From Verrucomicrobiia bacterium (GTDB taxonomy: Bacteria > Verrucomicrobiota > Verrucomicrobiia > Limisphaerales > UBA8199): a stretch of DNA of 64,000 nt. The position numbers and the translations under genes are program-made. Below are positions 18,690-26,775 of the stretch, piece after piece (position 1 is the first letter of the stretch; each line of letters begins with the position of its first letter). The notes under the pieces were generated by a model. That model made no database searches. It worked only from the letters and a program-made list of their open reading frames with translations, and had not been told where the DNA came from. The stretch spans positions 14,154-78,153 of the forward strand of contig DATGLT010000188.1 in the NCBI GenBank assembly GCA_035294005.1. Reading direction: 5' to 3'.

Positions 18690-19094
18690 ATGAAACAAAA
18701 TCCAAAATGGTGGACCAAAGACAACGACTCGGCCTGGGACCGCGTCAAAGCAGCCTTCAAGAGAGATTGGGACCAGACAAAACACGATTTCGGCGGCAAA
18801 CAACCCGATACGGACCAGAATGTGAACGACACCGTTAAACAGGCTTCAGGAAAAGAACCGATCCCGCCTCGAGGCCAGCCCACGTACGAAGAGGTCGAGG
18901 ATGCATACCGTTTCGGGTACGGAGCCCGCTCTCATTACAAGCAGCGTTATTCATCCTGGAACTCCCAGCTCGAAACACAACTCCAGCAGGATTGGCGCGA
19001 GACGCACAGCGACCGTGACTGGCAGCATTACCGCGATTCCGTCCGGCGTGGATGGGACTACGACGACAACCAAGGAATGCGCAAAGCTGCCTAA
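18690..19094 (+). CDS. small hydrophilic Trp/Asp/Arg-rich protein, function unknown
   Basis: 134-aa ORF with an AGGAG-like RBS upstream and an ATG start. No TM segment or signal peptide. An intrinsic terminator follows. Confidence 0.65.
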   Translation: MKQNPKWWTKDNDSAWDRVKAAFKRDWDQTKHDFGGKQPDTDQNVNDTVKQASGKEPIPPRGQPTYEEVEDAYRFGYGARSHYKQRYSSWNSQLETQLQQDWRETHSDRDWQHYRDSVRRGWDYDDNQGMRKAA

Positions 19095-19138
19095 ACGCGT
19101 TTTGCTTCGGTAGCGCTGGGACAGGCGAGAATCTGCAA

Positions 19139-19179
19139 GCGCGGCGGCCCTGAGGTTGCCGCGCCTTTTTCTTGTTTTT
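19139..19179 (+). terminator. rho-independent terminator
   Basis: GC stem gcgcggc (19139-19145) pairs with gccgcgc (19158-19164). It is followed by cTTTTTcTTGTTTTT, 45 nt after the stop of the 18690-19094 gene. Confidence 0.8.
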
Positions 19180-19311
19180 AGTTATGGCGGAAACATGCAA
19201 GAAACATCGGTAACCTCAGCGTTCCGAGATGCGTCTGAGATGTGCCGAGCAGTGTCCGTTTATCGCTTCACCAAACGCTGAACATTTCAACTAAATCGAC
19301 GAAAAGTCATT

Positions 19312-20010
19312 ATGACCAAGAACTTACTTGTTGCGGGACTGGGTTTCATCGCCTGTTCGCTCATCGCTGCCGAGCCTAAGGAAACTGTCGCAAACGCCGC
19401 GAAGAAACTGGCTGATAGCGACAGCTACAGCTGGAAACAGACTATCGAAAACGCAGGAGGTGGCGGTTTCGGCGCTGGCACTTCGGAGGGAAAGTATCAA
19501 AAGGACGGATACACATGGCTCTCGATGACGATGCGGGACAATACAATTGAAGCCGTGAAAAAGGGCGAGAAAGGGGCCATCAAGAACGAGGATGGCTGGA
19601 AATCGCTCAGCGAAGTCGCCAATGGCGACCGTGGCCCGGGCACTTTCATGGCACGACGGCTGCAAAATTTTAAAGTTCCCGCTGTTCAAGCTGCCGAACT
19701 CGCAACCCGGACAAAAGACCTCAAGCAGGACGGTGATGTCGTTTCGGGGGATCTGACCGAAGAAGGCGCGAAGTCTTTACTGACATTCGGTGGCCGCGGT
19801 GGCAATGGCCCGGAAGTCAGCGGCGCGAAAGGGTCTGTTAAGTTCTGGGTCAAGGACGGAGTCCTTTCTAAATACCAGACGAACGTGAAGGGCACGATCA
19901 GTTTCAATGGAAACGACCGGGATGTGGATCGGACTACCACAATTGAGTTCAAAGACATAGGTTCGACGAAGGTCACCGTGCCCGAAGAAGCAACGAAGAA
20001 GCTCGATTAG
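19312..20010 (+). CDS. secreted hypothetical protein
   Basis: Signal peptide MTKNLLVAGLGFIACSLIAAEP. The protein is hydrophilic and Gly/Lys-rich, and I recognise no motif. Confidence 0.7.
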   Translation: MTKNLLVAGLGFIACSLIAAEPKETVANAAKKLADSDSYSWKQTIENAGGGGFGAGTSEGKYQKDGYTWLSMTMRDNTIEAVKKGEKGAIKNEDGWKSLSEVANGDRGPGTFMARRLQNFKVPAVQAAELATRTKDLKQDGDVVSGDLTEEGAKSLLTFGGRGGNGPEVSGAKGSVKFWVKDGVLSKYQTNVKGTISFNGNDRDVDRTTTIEFKDIGSTKVTVPEEATKKLD

Positions 20011-20036
20011 CCCCTGAAGCGCAAGGTCCCGCGCCT

Positions 20037-20606
20037 ATGCCAGACTTGAAGTTCTCTTGTCCCAAGTGCGGCCAGCACATTTCATGTGGCGAGGCCTGGC
20101 GCGGGCAAACTGTTCAGTGTCCTTCCTGCCAAACCGGAATTAAGGTTCCGGAACCCGAGGCGGTTTCTTCCGCTTCGGGTTCGGCCGGTGGAGGCGTAAG
20201 GCTCGCGGCAGGCGTTACACAGGTTGCCAGGGCGAGCTCGAACGCCCCAGCCACTCAAAAGCGCATTCAACCTCGTGGTCCAAAGTCGACCAACCCCGCG
20301 GTTCGATTGGCGGGCATTGCTCTTGTCATCATTGTGCTCGCCGGACTCGGCCTGAAGTTCATACCCGCGTTGGTCAACCAGGCCAAGGACCTCGGCACAT
20401 CCAAGAGCTCCAGCGCAGGGTCCGGGAATGCCGCTCCTGGCAGCGCCGGTGGGGGACCCCTGGGGGAAGTCAACGGGGCCATGGACGTTTCCGACGCATT
20501 GGATGGCAACTCAACAAGGGCGCGTCCCGCCTCGGGCAGGCAGCCGGCAAATGCTCAGCTTGGTCGGGCGGCCGTTACAAATAACCTGCCGAAACGAGCG
20601 CCTTAA
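20037..20606 (+). CDS. zinc-ribbon membrane-anchored protein
   Basis: N-terminal CxxC...CxxC ribbon (FSCPKCGQHISCGEAWRGQTVQCPSCQ), a central TM helix (LAGIALVIIVLAGLGLKFIPALV), and a low-complexity Ser/Gly/Ala tail. Confidence 0.72.
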   Translation: MPDLKFSCPKCGQHISCGEAWRGQTVQCPSCQTGIKVPEPEAVSSASGSAGGGVRLAAGVTQVARASSNAPATQKRIQPRGPKSTNPAVRLAGIALVIIVLAGLGLKFIPALVNQAKDLGTSKSSSAGSGNAAPGSAGGGPLGEVNGAMDVSDALDGNSTRARPASGRQPANAQLGRAAVTNNLPKRAP

Positions 20607-20795
20607 GATCTGGTTTTGTCCTAATCCGGTGTCCGCGTGGGCCATCTTTGCGTCGGCGCTCGTGCTGTCAATGTCGCCTGTGGATAATAAAAGTCGGCTT
20701 TAGATAACGATTTCGGTTTTGGACAATTCTTTTGGTTTGCCGCGCCCGGTCTTCAGGAGGTTGATTACCCTTGGATAGTTGAAACCTGACTGACT

Positions 20796-21191
20796 GTGAA
20801 CGGGAGCGTGCGCACAATCGAGCAATGGGAACAAGTGGCTCGGGAAGCCGAGTTTAACCCGGCCAGGATGGCGTCACTGTGCTCGATTTCCGAACGGCAA
20901 CTTCAGCGACTTTTTCGAAGATACCTCCATTGCACGCCCAGCCATTGGTTGCGGGATTTACAATGCCGGCTGGCCAGGGAACTCATCTGCCAGGGCTATT
21001 CGAATAAAGCCACGGCGACCGCGCTCAAGTTCGCCAACGAATCGCACTTCTGCCGAGAATTCAAGAAAGTCTTTGGAACCTCACCGCAGAGCCTTGCTCC
21101 ACCGCATCGCGGAACGCGCCGGAGCCTTCTGATGGTCCGCATTTCGAAGAACAGCTGGAATGCCCTGCGCCGGCGGGGTTCCGGTTCGTGA
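20796..21191 (+). CDS. AraC-family HTH transcriptional regulator (short, DNA-binding domain only)
   Basis: GTG start. Contains AraC HTH blocks: LASLCSISERQLQRLFRRYLHCTPSHWLRDLQCRLARELI...ATALKFANESHFCREFKKVFGTSP. Confidence 0.85.
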   Translation: MNGSVRTIEQWEQVAREAEFNPARMASLCSISERQLQRLFRRYLHCTPSHWLRDLQCRLARELICQGYSNKATATALKFANESHFCREFKKVFGTSPQSLAPPHRGTRRSLLMVRISKNSWNALRRRGSGS

Positions 21192-21262
21192 GCCCTCTTG
21201 TAGCCGAGCGGGATCCGGCAGCGCACTCATAGCTGGAGAATTTATGCAAACCCTGTAAATGT

Positions 21263-22252
21263 GTGTGCGAGACCCCGGGAAACCCGGCGTCTCAGCGCGT
21301 GTTGCTGGAAATTAAGAATCTACAGCTGGATTTTTTGCAGGATGGGCGCCCGGTCCGGGCATTGGATGGCATTTCGCTTTCGGTTGAGGCTGGAGAGACG
21401 CTCTGTCTCGTGGGCGAGAGTGGTTCCGGCAAGAGCGTAACCGGATTATCCGTGGCTCGATTGCTGCCCAGCCCACCTGCGGTTTATGCCGGCGGCGAAA
21501 TCCTGGTTGAAGGGCGCGACACCCTCAGAATGTCCCAGGATCAACTGCGCGAAGTTCGCGGAGGTGTGGTCGGCTACATTTTCCAGGAGCCCGCCGCGTC
21601 GTTGAATCCGGTTTACCGGGTGGGCACGCAAATTAAAGAGGCATTAAAACTGCATCGGCCGCAAGAAGCGGTCGACCGGGAAGTCATTCGGTTGCTCTCC
21701 TTGGTTGGAATTCCTGCCCCAGAAACAAGAGCCCGGAGTTATCCGCATGAACTTTCCGGCGGTATGCAGCAAAGGGTGATGATTGCCATAGCGCTGGCGT
21801 CGCGCCCCAAACTTTTGATTGCTGACGAACCGACCACCGCGCTCGACGTGACGATTCAAGCTCAAATCCTGGAACTGTTGCTCAGCCTCAAAAAACAATT
21901 CGGAATGGCCATTCTGCTGATAACTCACAATTTGGGAATCGTTTCGGAAATCGCCGACCGCGCAGCGGTGATGTATGCGGGGCAAATCGTTGAGACCGGG
22001 CCGGCCCGAGATGTTCTGGCGCACCCGCTCCACCCGTATACGCGGGCGCTCCTGGAATCCATGCCCAGGCTGGGAGTTGGCTCGGAACGGTTGAAAGCGA
22101 TCCGCGGCTCGGTTCCCCAGCTCGGTGCATTTCCCGGCGGATGTCGATTTCATCCACGGTGCGACGATGCTCGGGCCTCCTGCGCAACCGATCCCGTCGC
22201 GTTGCTCGGAACCGGAGCGGGCCGCGCAACGCGTTGTCCTTTTTCTCAATGA
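21263..22252 (+). CDS. ABC transporter ATP-binding protein, oligopeptide/dipeptide DppD/OppD type
   Basis: Walker A GESGSGKS, signature LSGGMQQRV, Walker B LLIADEPTTALD. The C-terminal oligopeptide-type extension has Cys residues (GCRFHPRC). Confidence 0.9.
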   Translation: MCETPGNPASQRVLLEIKNLQLDFLQDGRPVRALDGISLSVEAGETLCLVGESGSGKSVTGLSVARLLPSPPAVYAGGEILVEGRDTLRMSQDQLREVRGGVVGYIFQEPAASLNPVYRVGTQIKEALKLHRPQEAVDREVIRLLSLVGIPAPETRARSYPHELSGGMQQRVMIAIALASRPKLLIADEPTTALDVTIQAQILELLLSLKKQFGMAILLITHNLGIVSEIADRAAVMYAGQIVETGPARDVLAHPLHPYTRALLESMPRLGVGSERLKAIRGSVPQLGAFPGGCRFHPRCDDARASCATDPVALLGTGAGRATRCPFSQ

Positions 22253-23220
22253 ACCCCGCGCCGCTGCTGCAGGTAACCAATCTGTCCGTCGATTTTCCGG
22301 TTGGGCGGGCAATTCTCGGAGCCGCCCGATCATGGCTCCGGGCCGTAAACGAGGTGAGCTTTGAGCTGCAAGCTTCGGAAACCCTTGGATTGGTTGGTGA
22401 GAGCGGTTGCGGCAAGACAAGCCTCGGCCGGGCGATTGTCAGGCTGGTCGAACCTGCCGGAGGCCGGATTTGCTTCGAAGGCGCGGATATAACGCAGGCG
22501 CGCGGGTTGGAACTGAGATCTCTGCGCCGGAATTTTCAGATCATTTTTCAGGATCCATACGGGTCCTTGGATCCGCGGCTTACGATCGAGGACATCATCG
22601 GTGAGGCGCTGGACATTCATCGCTTGGCCTCGAGCAGCAGCGACCGACGCAGCCAGGTTGCCGCTCTGCTTCAGGATGTGGGGCTCGATGAGACGCACCT
22701 TGCGCGTTTTCCTCACGAGTTTAGCGGTGGACAAAGGCAACGCATCGGGATCGCCCGCGCGCTGGCTGTCCGGCCGAAGCTCATTGTTTGTGATGAACCG
22801 GTCAGCGCCCTGGATGTGTCGGTCCAGGCGCAAGTGGTCAATCTCCTGCGGGACCTGCAGAGGGATCGAGGGATTTCATACCTGTTCATTGCCCACGACC
22901 TCGCCGTGGTTGAGCACATCAGCGAGCGGATCATGGTCATGTATCTGGGAAGAATAGTCGAAACCGGCAGTGCCAGCGAGGTTTGCGGTCAGCCGGGGCA
23001 CCCGTACACCCAGGCGCTGCTCTCTGCTGTCCCGGTTATCGATGCGCAGTCAAAGCGGAAGCGAATTGTTTTGCAGGGCGATGTGCCTTCCGCGGTTCAG
23101 CCGCCTGGCGGTTGTCCTTTTCATCCTCGGTGCCCCGTGGCCGAAGCGCGATGCCGTGTTGAACGGCCAATTCTGCGCGAACTCAAGCCTCGGCATTGGG
23201 TTGCCTGCCACCTGGCCTGA
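22249..23220 (+). CDS. ABC transporter ATP-binding protein, DppF/OppF type
   Basis: The likely start, the ATG at 22249, overlaps the upstream stop (ATGA). Walker A GESGCGKT, signature FSGGQRQRI, Walker B LIVCDEPVSALD, C-terminal GCPFHPRC. Confidence 0.9.
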   Translation: MNPAPLLQVTNLSVDFPVGRAILGAARSWLRAVNEVSFELQASETLGLVGESGCGKTSLGRAIVRLVEPAGGRICFEGADITQARGLELRSLRRNFQIIFQDPYGSLDPRLTIEDIIGEALDIHRLASSSSDRRSQVAALLQDVGLDETHLARFPHEFSGGQRQRIGIARALAVRPKLIVCDEPVSALDVSVQAQVVNLLRDLQRDRGISYLFIAHDLAVVEHISERIMVMYLGRIVETGSASEVCGQPGHPYTQALLSAVPVIDAQSKRKRIVLQGDVPSAVQPPGGCPFHPRCPVAEARCRVERPILRELKPRHWVACHLA

Positions 23221-23255
23221 ATCCGTCGCGCCCCTAAACCGCCGTTTAACTCAGC

Positions 23256-24773
23256 TCACGCACCGTCCACATCAATGTCGAAGACCCCGGTCTGAATCCC
23301 GCCCTCGATTTTCACCTGTACCCAGAGCCGGTACCGTCCAGGTTTGGGGAACGCGTAAGGAAACGAAACACCTTCCGCGGAGGGGTTGCCTCCAATCCAA
23401 CCCTGGTCAGCGCTGCTGGCCGCGGGCAACTGACAAATCGGCTCATCGGCGCCAAACGCGGCTTTGAGAGGAAGTTTGCCTTCAATACGGTACGTGGCGA
23501 GTTGCATGGCGGCCATGGAAGCCGTTCCACCCGGATGTAAATGAGTAAAAACGGCGCCATCCTCCCGGGTCAAGGCCAGATGGCCGCGCATGCCGAGATA
23601 TGTTTCGAGAGAGACTTCTTTGCCACGGCTGTCGTGAACGACAAAATGAAGGTTGGTGGGCTGGTTCACCCGGCATCGTTCCGGGCCTGTTCGCGTCATG
23701 ACATAGTCTTGGGAAAGGGGAAAGGATGTTCCGTCGCACCTGCCCATTGGCGGGGCGACGGTCGCCGAATCGTCCGGATCCGCCTCCGTTGCGCCGGTTG
23801 TGACTTCCGGGATTGTGACCCGGCACGTCAAAGTGTCCGACAGCCCGGTCTCGTAGGTGATGTCCGCATAAAGCCTGTATAGCCCGGCGGGCAGTTTTGG
23901 CAGGGCGACATCAAAGCTCGCGCGATCCAACTTAACCGGATGCAGATGGGCGAAACAATTCAAGCCAGGCTCACGAACCAGGAACAGGTGCATCAGCTTT
24001 CCGTGGTCCGGAACGAGTGGCGCCGTGCGCGCAAACGCCGGATCGGTTATGGCCAATAAAAGCGACGTCTTGTCTCCGTTTGTACGAACATCGGCCTTGG
24101 CGGAGATCGGGTGGTACAAACGATTATTCTTATAATCGGCCGCTTCGGCATCCCACCAATTCTTGCCGCCCCAGACCAGGGCAACGAGGAGCACAGTTCC
24201 CAACCCCATCCCTCCCAGGGCGTACAAGCGCCTCGTTGGGGTCGGTTCGCTTCCCGGGGTCAAAACACTTTCCCGAACGGCTGAACCGACAATGCTAATT
24301 AAGAGTCCGCCAAGAATGAGACCAAGCACCGCCAATCCAACTCCCAAAGCTTTAGGCAGAGCCAGCACCCGGGTGGCCACGGCATCGACAGGTATCACGA
24401 CGCGTCCTGCCCCAGCCGGCCCTTGGACTTCCAATTCAACGCTTTGGGCTCCGGGTTCCATGAACCACAGCTGGGCGCTATACAGACCGGGATCTCCACG
24501 AACGGGTTTGGCAATATCCGGCGGAGGCGCGCCCATGCGGCCCGCGTTCCATTTGATTGGCAGGGCGGTAACAGTTTTGATGTTCTCCGCGTCGATGCGA
24601 ATGGATAATTCCGCCAGGCCAGGGATCACTTCTGCGGGGTGGATCACAACGTGAACCGGATAGGGGCCGGCATGGCCTTCAAAAAACACGTTCGGGCTGC
24701 CGACGTGCGCCCGGGCTGGTTGTGTGAAAAGCGCTGCCGCCACCACCACCAGGATCATGACCCAGCGCTTCAT
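23256..24773 (-). CDS. secreted/membrane-anchored hypothetical protein with a predicted N-terminal His after signal cleavage and duplicated HLHP modules
   Basis: Signal peptide MKRWVMILVVVAAALFTQPARA is followed by HVGSP. There are two central TM helices, then two related beta-rich modules containing FAHLHP / FTHLHP and GLYRLY / GRYRLW. Confidence 0.75.
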   Translation of the reverse strand: MKRWVMILVVVAAALFTQPARAHVGSPNVFFEGHAGPYPVHVVIHPAEVIPGLAELSIRIDAENIKTVTALPIKWNAGRMGAPPPDIAKPVRGDPGLYSAQLWFMEPGAQSVELEVQGPAGAGRVVIPVDAVATRVLALPKALGVGLAVLGLILGGLLISIVGSAVRESVLTPGSEPTPTRRLYALGGMGLGTVLLVALVWGGKNWWDAEAADYKNNRLYHPISAKADVRTNGDKTSLLLAITDPAFARTAPLVPDHGKLMHLFLVREPGLNCFAHLHPVKLDRASFDVALPKLPAGLYRLYADITYETGLSDTLTCRVTIPEVTTGATEADPDDSATVAPPMGRCDGTSFPLSQDYVMTRTGPERCRVNQPTNLHFVVHDSRGKEVSLETYLGMRGHLALTREDGAVFTHLHPGGTASMAAMQLATYRIEGKLPLKAAFGADEPICQLPAASSADQGWIGGNPSAEGVSFPYAFPKPGRYRLWVQVKIEGGIQTGVFDIDVDGA

Positions 24774-26014
24774 CGCCGGAGCCGGGACATCCAGTTACCC
24801 AACCATAAACCGATTCGAGACGCGGTAATCGAGAGGGCCAGCGCCCAGCAGGCGCTTGCGAACGTTAGCGGAGGGTTCGATTCAGGGTTGGTCCGGCTCC
24901 AGAATTGTCCATGCCACTGGCCGGCGCCTTCGCGGTATCCCCAATGCCGATCCGCGGCAAAAAACCAATTCTGAGCGTGTGGACCGATCAAAAACGCCGA
25001 AAAGAACCATTGCGTGAGAAGGAACAATGCGAAAAAAAGACAACCGCAAACGATCACGAGCAACCAATCCCGCAACCAGCCACTAGCTTCGCCGATATAA
25101 CGACGCGCCAGGTCGATTCCCAGCGCCGGCACAATCAGCAAAAGCGGGAACGGTAAGGGCACAAAATGTGTCACCGGGTTGCGAATGGGACCGAGGCGCG
25201 GTTGCCCAGGGAAAAGGGGCAGGATCCAAGCCATCCCAGCCACGATCGCCATGTAAATTAAGGCAATGGAAGACGCGCCCCAGCGTTCCTTTGAGGCGCG
25301 CGCCAGCCCCAGCAGGTACACGGGAAGCGTTGCGGCTGATAACTCATAGAACAGCGCCGTCCGTTGCTGGTTTGGCCAGCTTTTTTCGATTAAGAACACG
25401 CTCGCCATGACAATCACCAGCCCGGAGGCGTACAGAAAAGCCAGCCGGTTTGGCTCGGCTTGTCTGGCATCCGCCAGGTTTTGCTCGCGCAACAGCAACA
25501 TCAGCGCGCCAAGCACGTTGGCCCACATGCCCAAAGCCAGCAGCGTGTGCGGCGGACTCAGGATTTTGACGTCCACCCCGTACGCGTTGTGCCACCAATT
25601 ATCGAATGGTGCCGAGGTGAGCATGGCCAGGGCGCCCCAGATGGTCACCCACGCGCCAAACGGGGCGCGAAAGCCCCATAGCCTGACGGCCGCCTCTCGT
25701 TCCGCGCGGCTGCCAAAAAAAGTCGTGCGGATCGCAAGCCAGCCGCAAGTCAATCCCCCGAGAAGTCCACCAATATAAATTGCCAAGTGAGCCGGAGTCC
25801 AAAAGGTGTCCCGGCCGATGGTTCGGTGCCAGGAGATATCCCAAAGAATTCCAATTGCTATGCTGCTCCCGCCGGACAGCACAAGGCGAGCACACGCCGA
25901 TACCGGATCGCGAGCGGGAACCGCTCGCGGCACGTCGACAAAGTCCGTGGTCTGGATTGCTGAACCTGAAGCCTGGGCCACGCAAAAGTCTAACTCAGGG
26001 CCAAAGTGCGTCAA
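24770..26014 (-). CDS. polytopic membrane protein, function unknown
   Basis: About 10 hydrophobic segments. Motifs WDISWHRTIGRDTFWTPAHLAIY and PFDNWWHNAYG. The start is uncertain (TTG at 26014). The stop overlaps the downstream start by 4 nt. Confidence 0.72.
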   Translation of the reverse strand: MTHFGPELDFCVAQASGSAIQTTDFVDVPRAVPARDPVSACARLVLSGGSSIAIGILWDISWHRTIGRDTFWTPAHLAIYIGGLLGGLTCGWLAIRTTFFGSRAEREAAVRLWGFRAPFGAWVTIWGALAMLTSAPFDNWWHNAYGVDVKILSPPHTLLALGMWANVLGALMLLLREQNLADARQAEPNRLAFLYASGLVIVMASVFLIEKSWPNQQRTALFYELSAATLPVYLLGLARASKERWGASSIALIYMAIVAGMAWILPLFPGQPRLGPIRNPVTHFVPLPFPLLLIVPALGIDLARRYIGEASGWLRDWLLVIVCGCLFFALFLLTQWFFSAFLIGPHAQNWFFAADRHWGYREGAGQWHGQFWSRTNPESNPPLTFASACWALALSITASRIGLWLGNWMSRLRR

Positions 26015-26148
26015 GGCGACGCAGTGAGAACAAAACCGCGATGCGCCAAAACTAACTGTTACCTAAAGGTTGCCAGCGAAAGCCCGATCTGGCGTTGGGG
26101 ACGCGACCCTGTTACATTTGTATCGGTTGGTCCGGGCCAGTTACTGCG

Positions 26149-26766
26149 ATGAGCATCCAACTTCCAGAAAAGCAGCAAAGCATGCGCATCGGCCAGGCCT
26201 TTTCATTGCTCGAGCTGTTGATCACTGTCGCCCTCATTCTGATCCTTACCACGCTCTATTTCGGGCCCAACACCGCCAGCCGGCAGGAAGCTCTCAAGCG
26301 CTCTTGCCAGAGGAATCTCCAAAAAATTTATGTCTCGATGCAGATCTTTGCCGCCGAGCATTCGGGTGCGTTCCCTGGCGTTCCTCAGGCCCGGACCTCC
26401 GAGGAAGCCCTGGACGTTCTTGTCCCCAAATACACGTCCGATACCTCGCAATTTATCTGTCCCGGGAGCAAAGACTCCGCTCTGCCGTCAGGAGAGTCCT
26501 TTCGTTCGCGAAGGATCAGCTACGCTTACGTCATGGGCCGATTTTCGACCAATACCCAAGCGGTGCTCATGAGCGACGAGCAGGTTGATACCCGGCCGAA
26601 AACTGCCGGCCAGCCCCTCTTCTCACTTACCGGAAAGGGGCCTGGTTCAAATCACCGGAAGAACGGCGGCAATCTTCTTTTCTGTGACGGCCATTGCGAA
26701 ATGAGTCCCGCGCTGGCCGCGTTTCCGATCACGTTCACCAATGGCGAGTCGCTGCTGAATCCTTGA
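26149..26766 (+). CDS. prepilin-type N-terminal cleavage/methylation domain protein (DUF1559 / H-X9-DG-like pseudopilin family)
   Basis: Within ORF 26095-26766 the ATG at 26149 gives MSIQLPEKQQSMRIGQAFSLLELLITVALILILTTLYF, a class III signal. The C-terminus NHRKNGGNLLFCDGHCE resembles the H-X9-DG signature. Confidence 0.85.
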   Translation: MSIQLPEKQQSMRIGQAFSLLELLITVALILILTTLYFGPNTASRQEALKRSCQRNLQKIYVSMQIFAAEHSGAFPGVPQARTSEEALDVLVPKYTSDTSQFICPGSKDSALPSGESFRSRRISYAYVMGRFSTNTQAVLMSDEQVDTRPKTAGQPLFSLTGKGPGSNHRKNGGNLLFCDGHCEMSPALAAFPITFTNGESLLNP

Positions 26767-26775
26767 GGTCCTTTG

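Noticed and set aside
21644-22420. 258-aa and 175-aa minus-strand ORFs
   Set aside because: They are antisense to the DppD/DppF ATPase genes, which carry Walker A/B and signature motifs.
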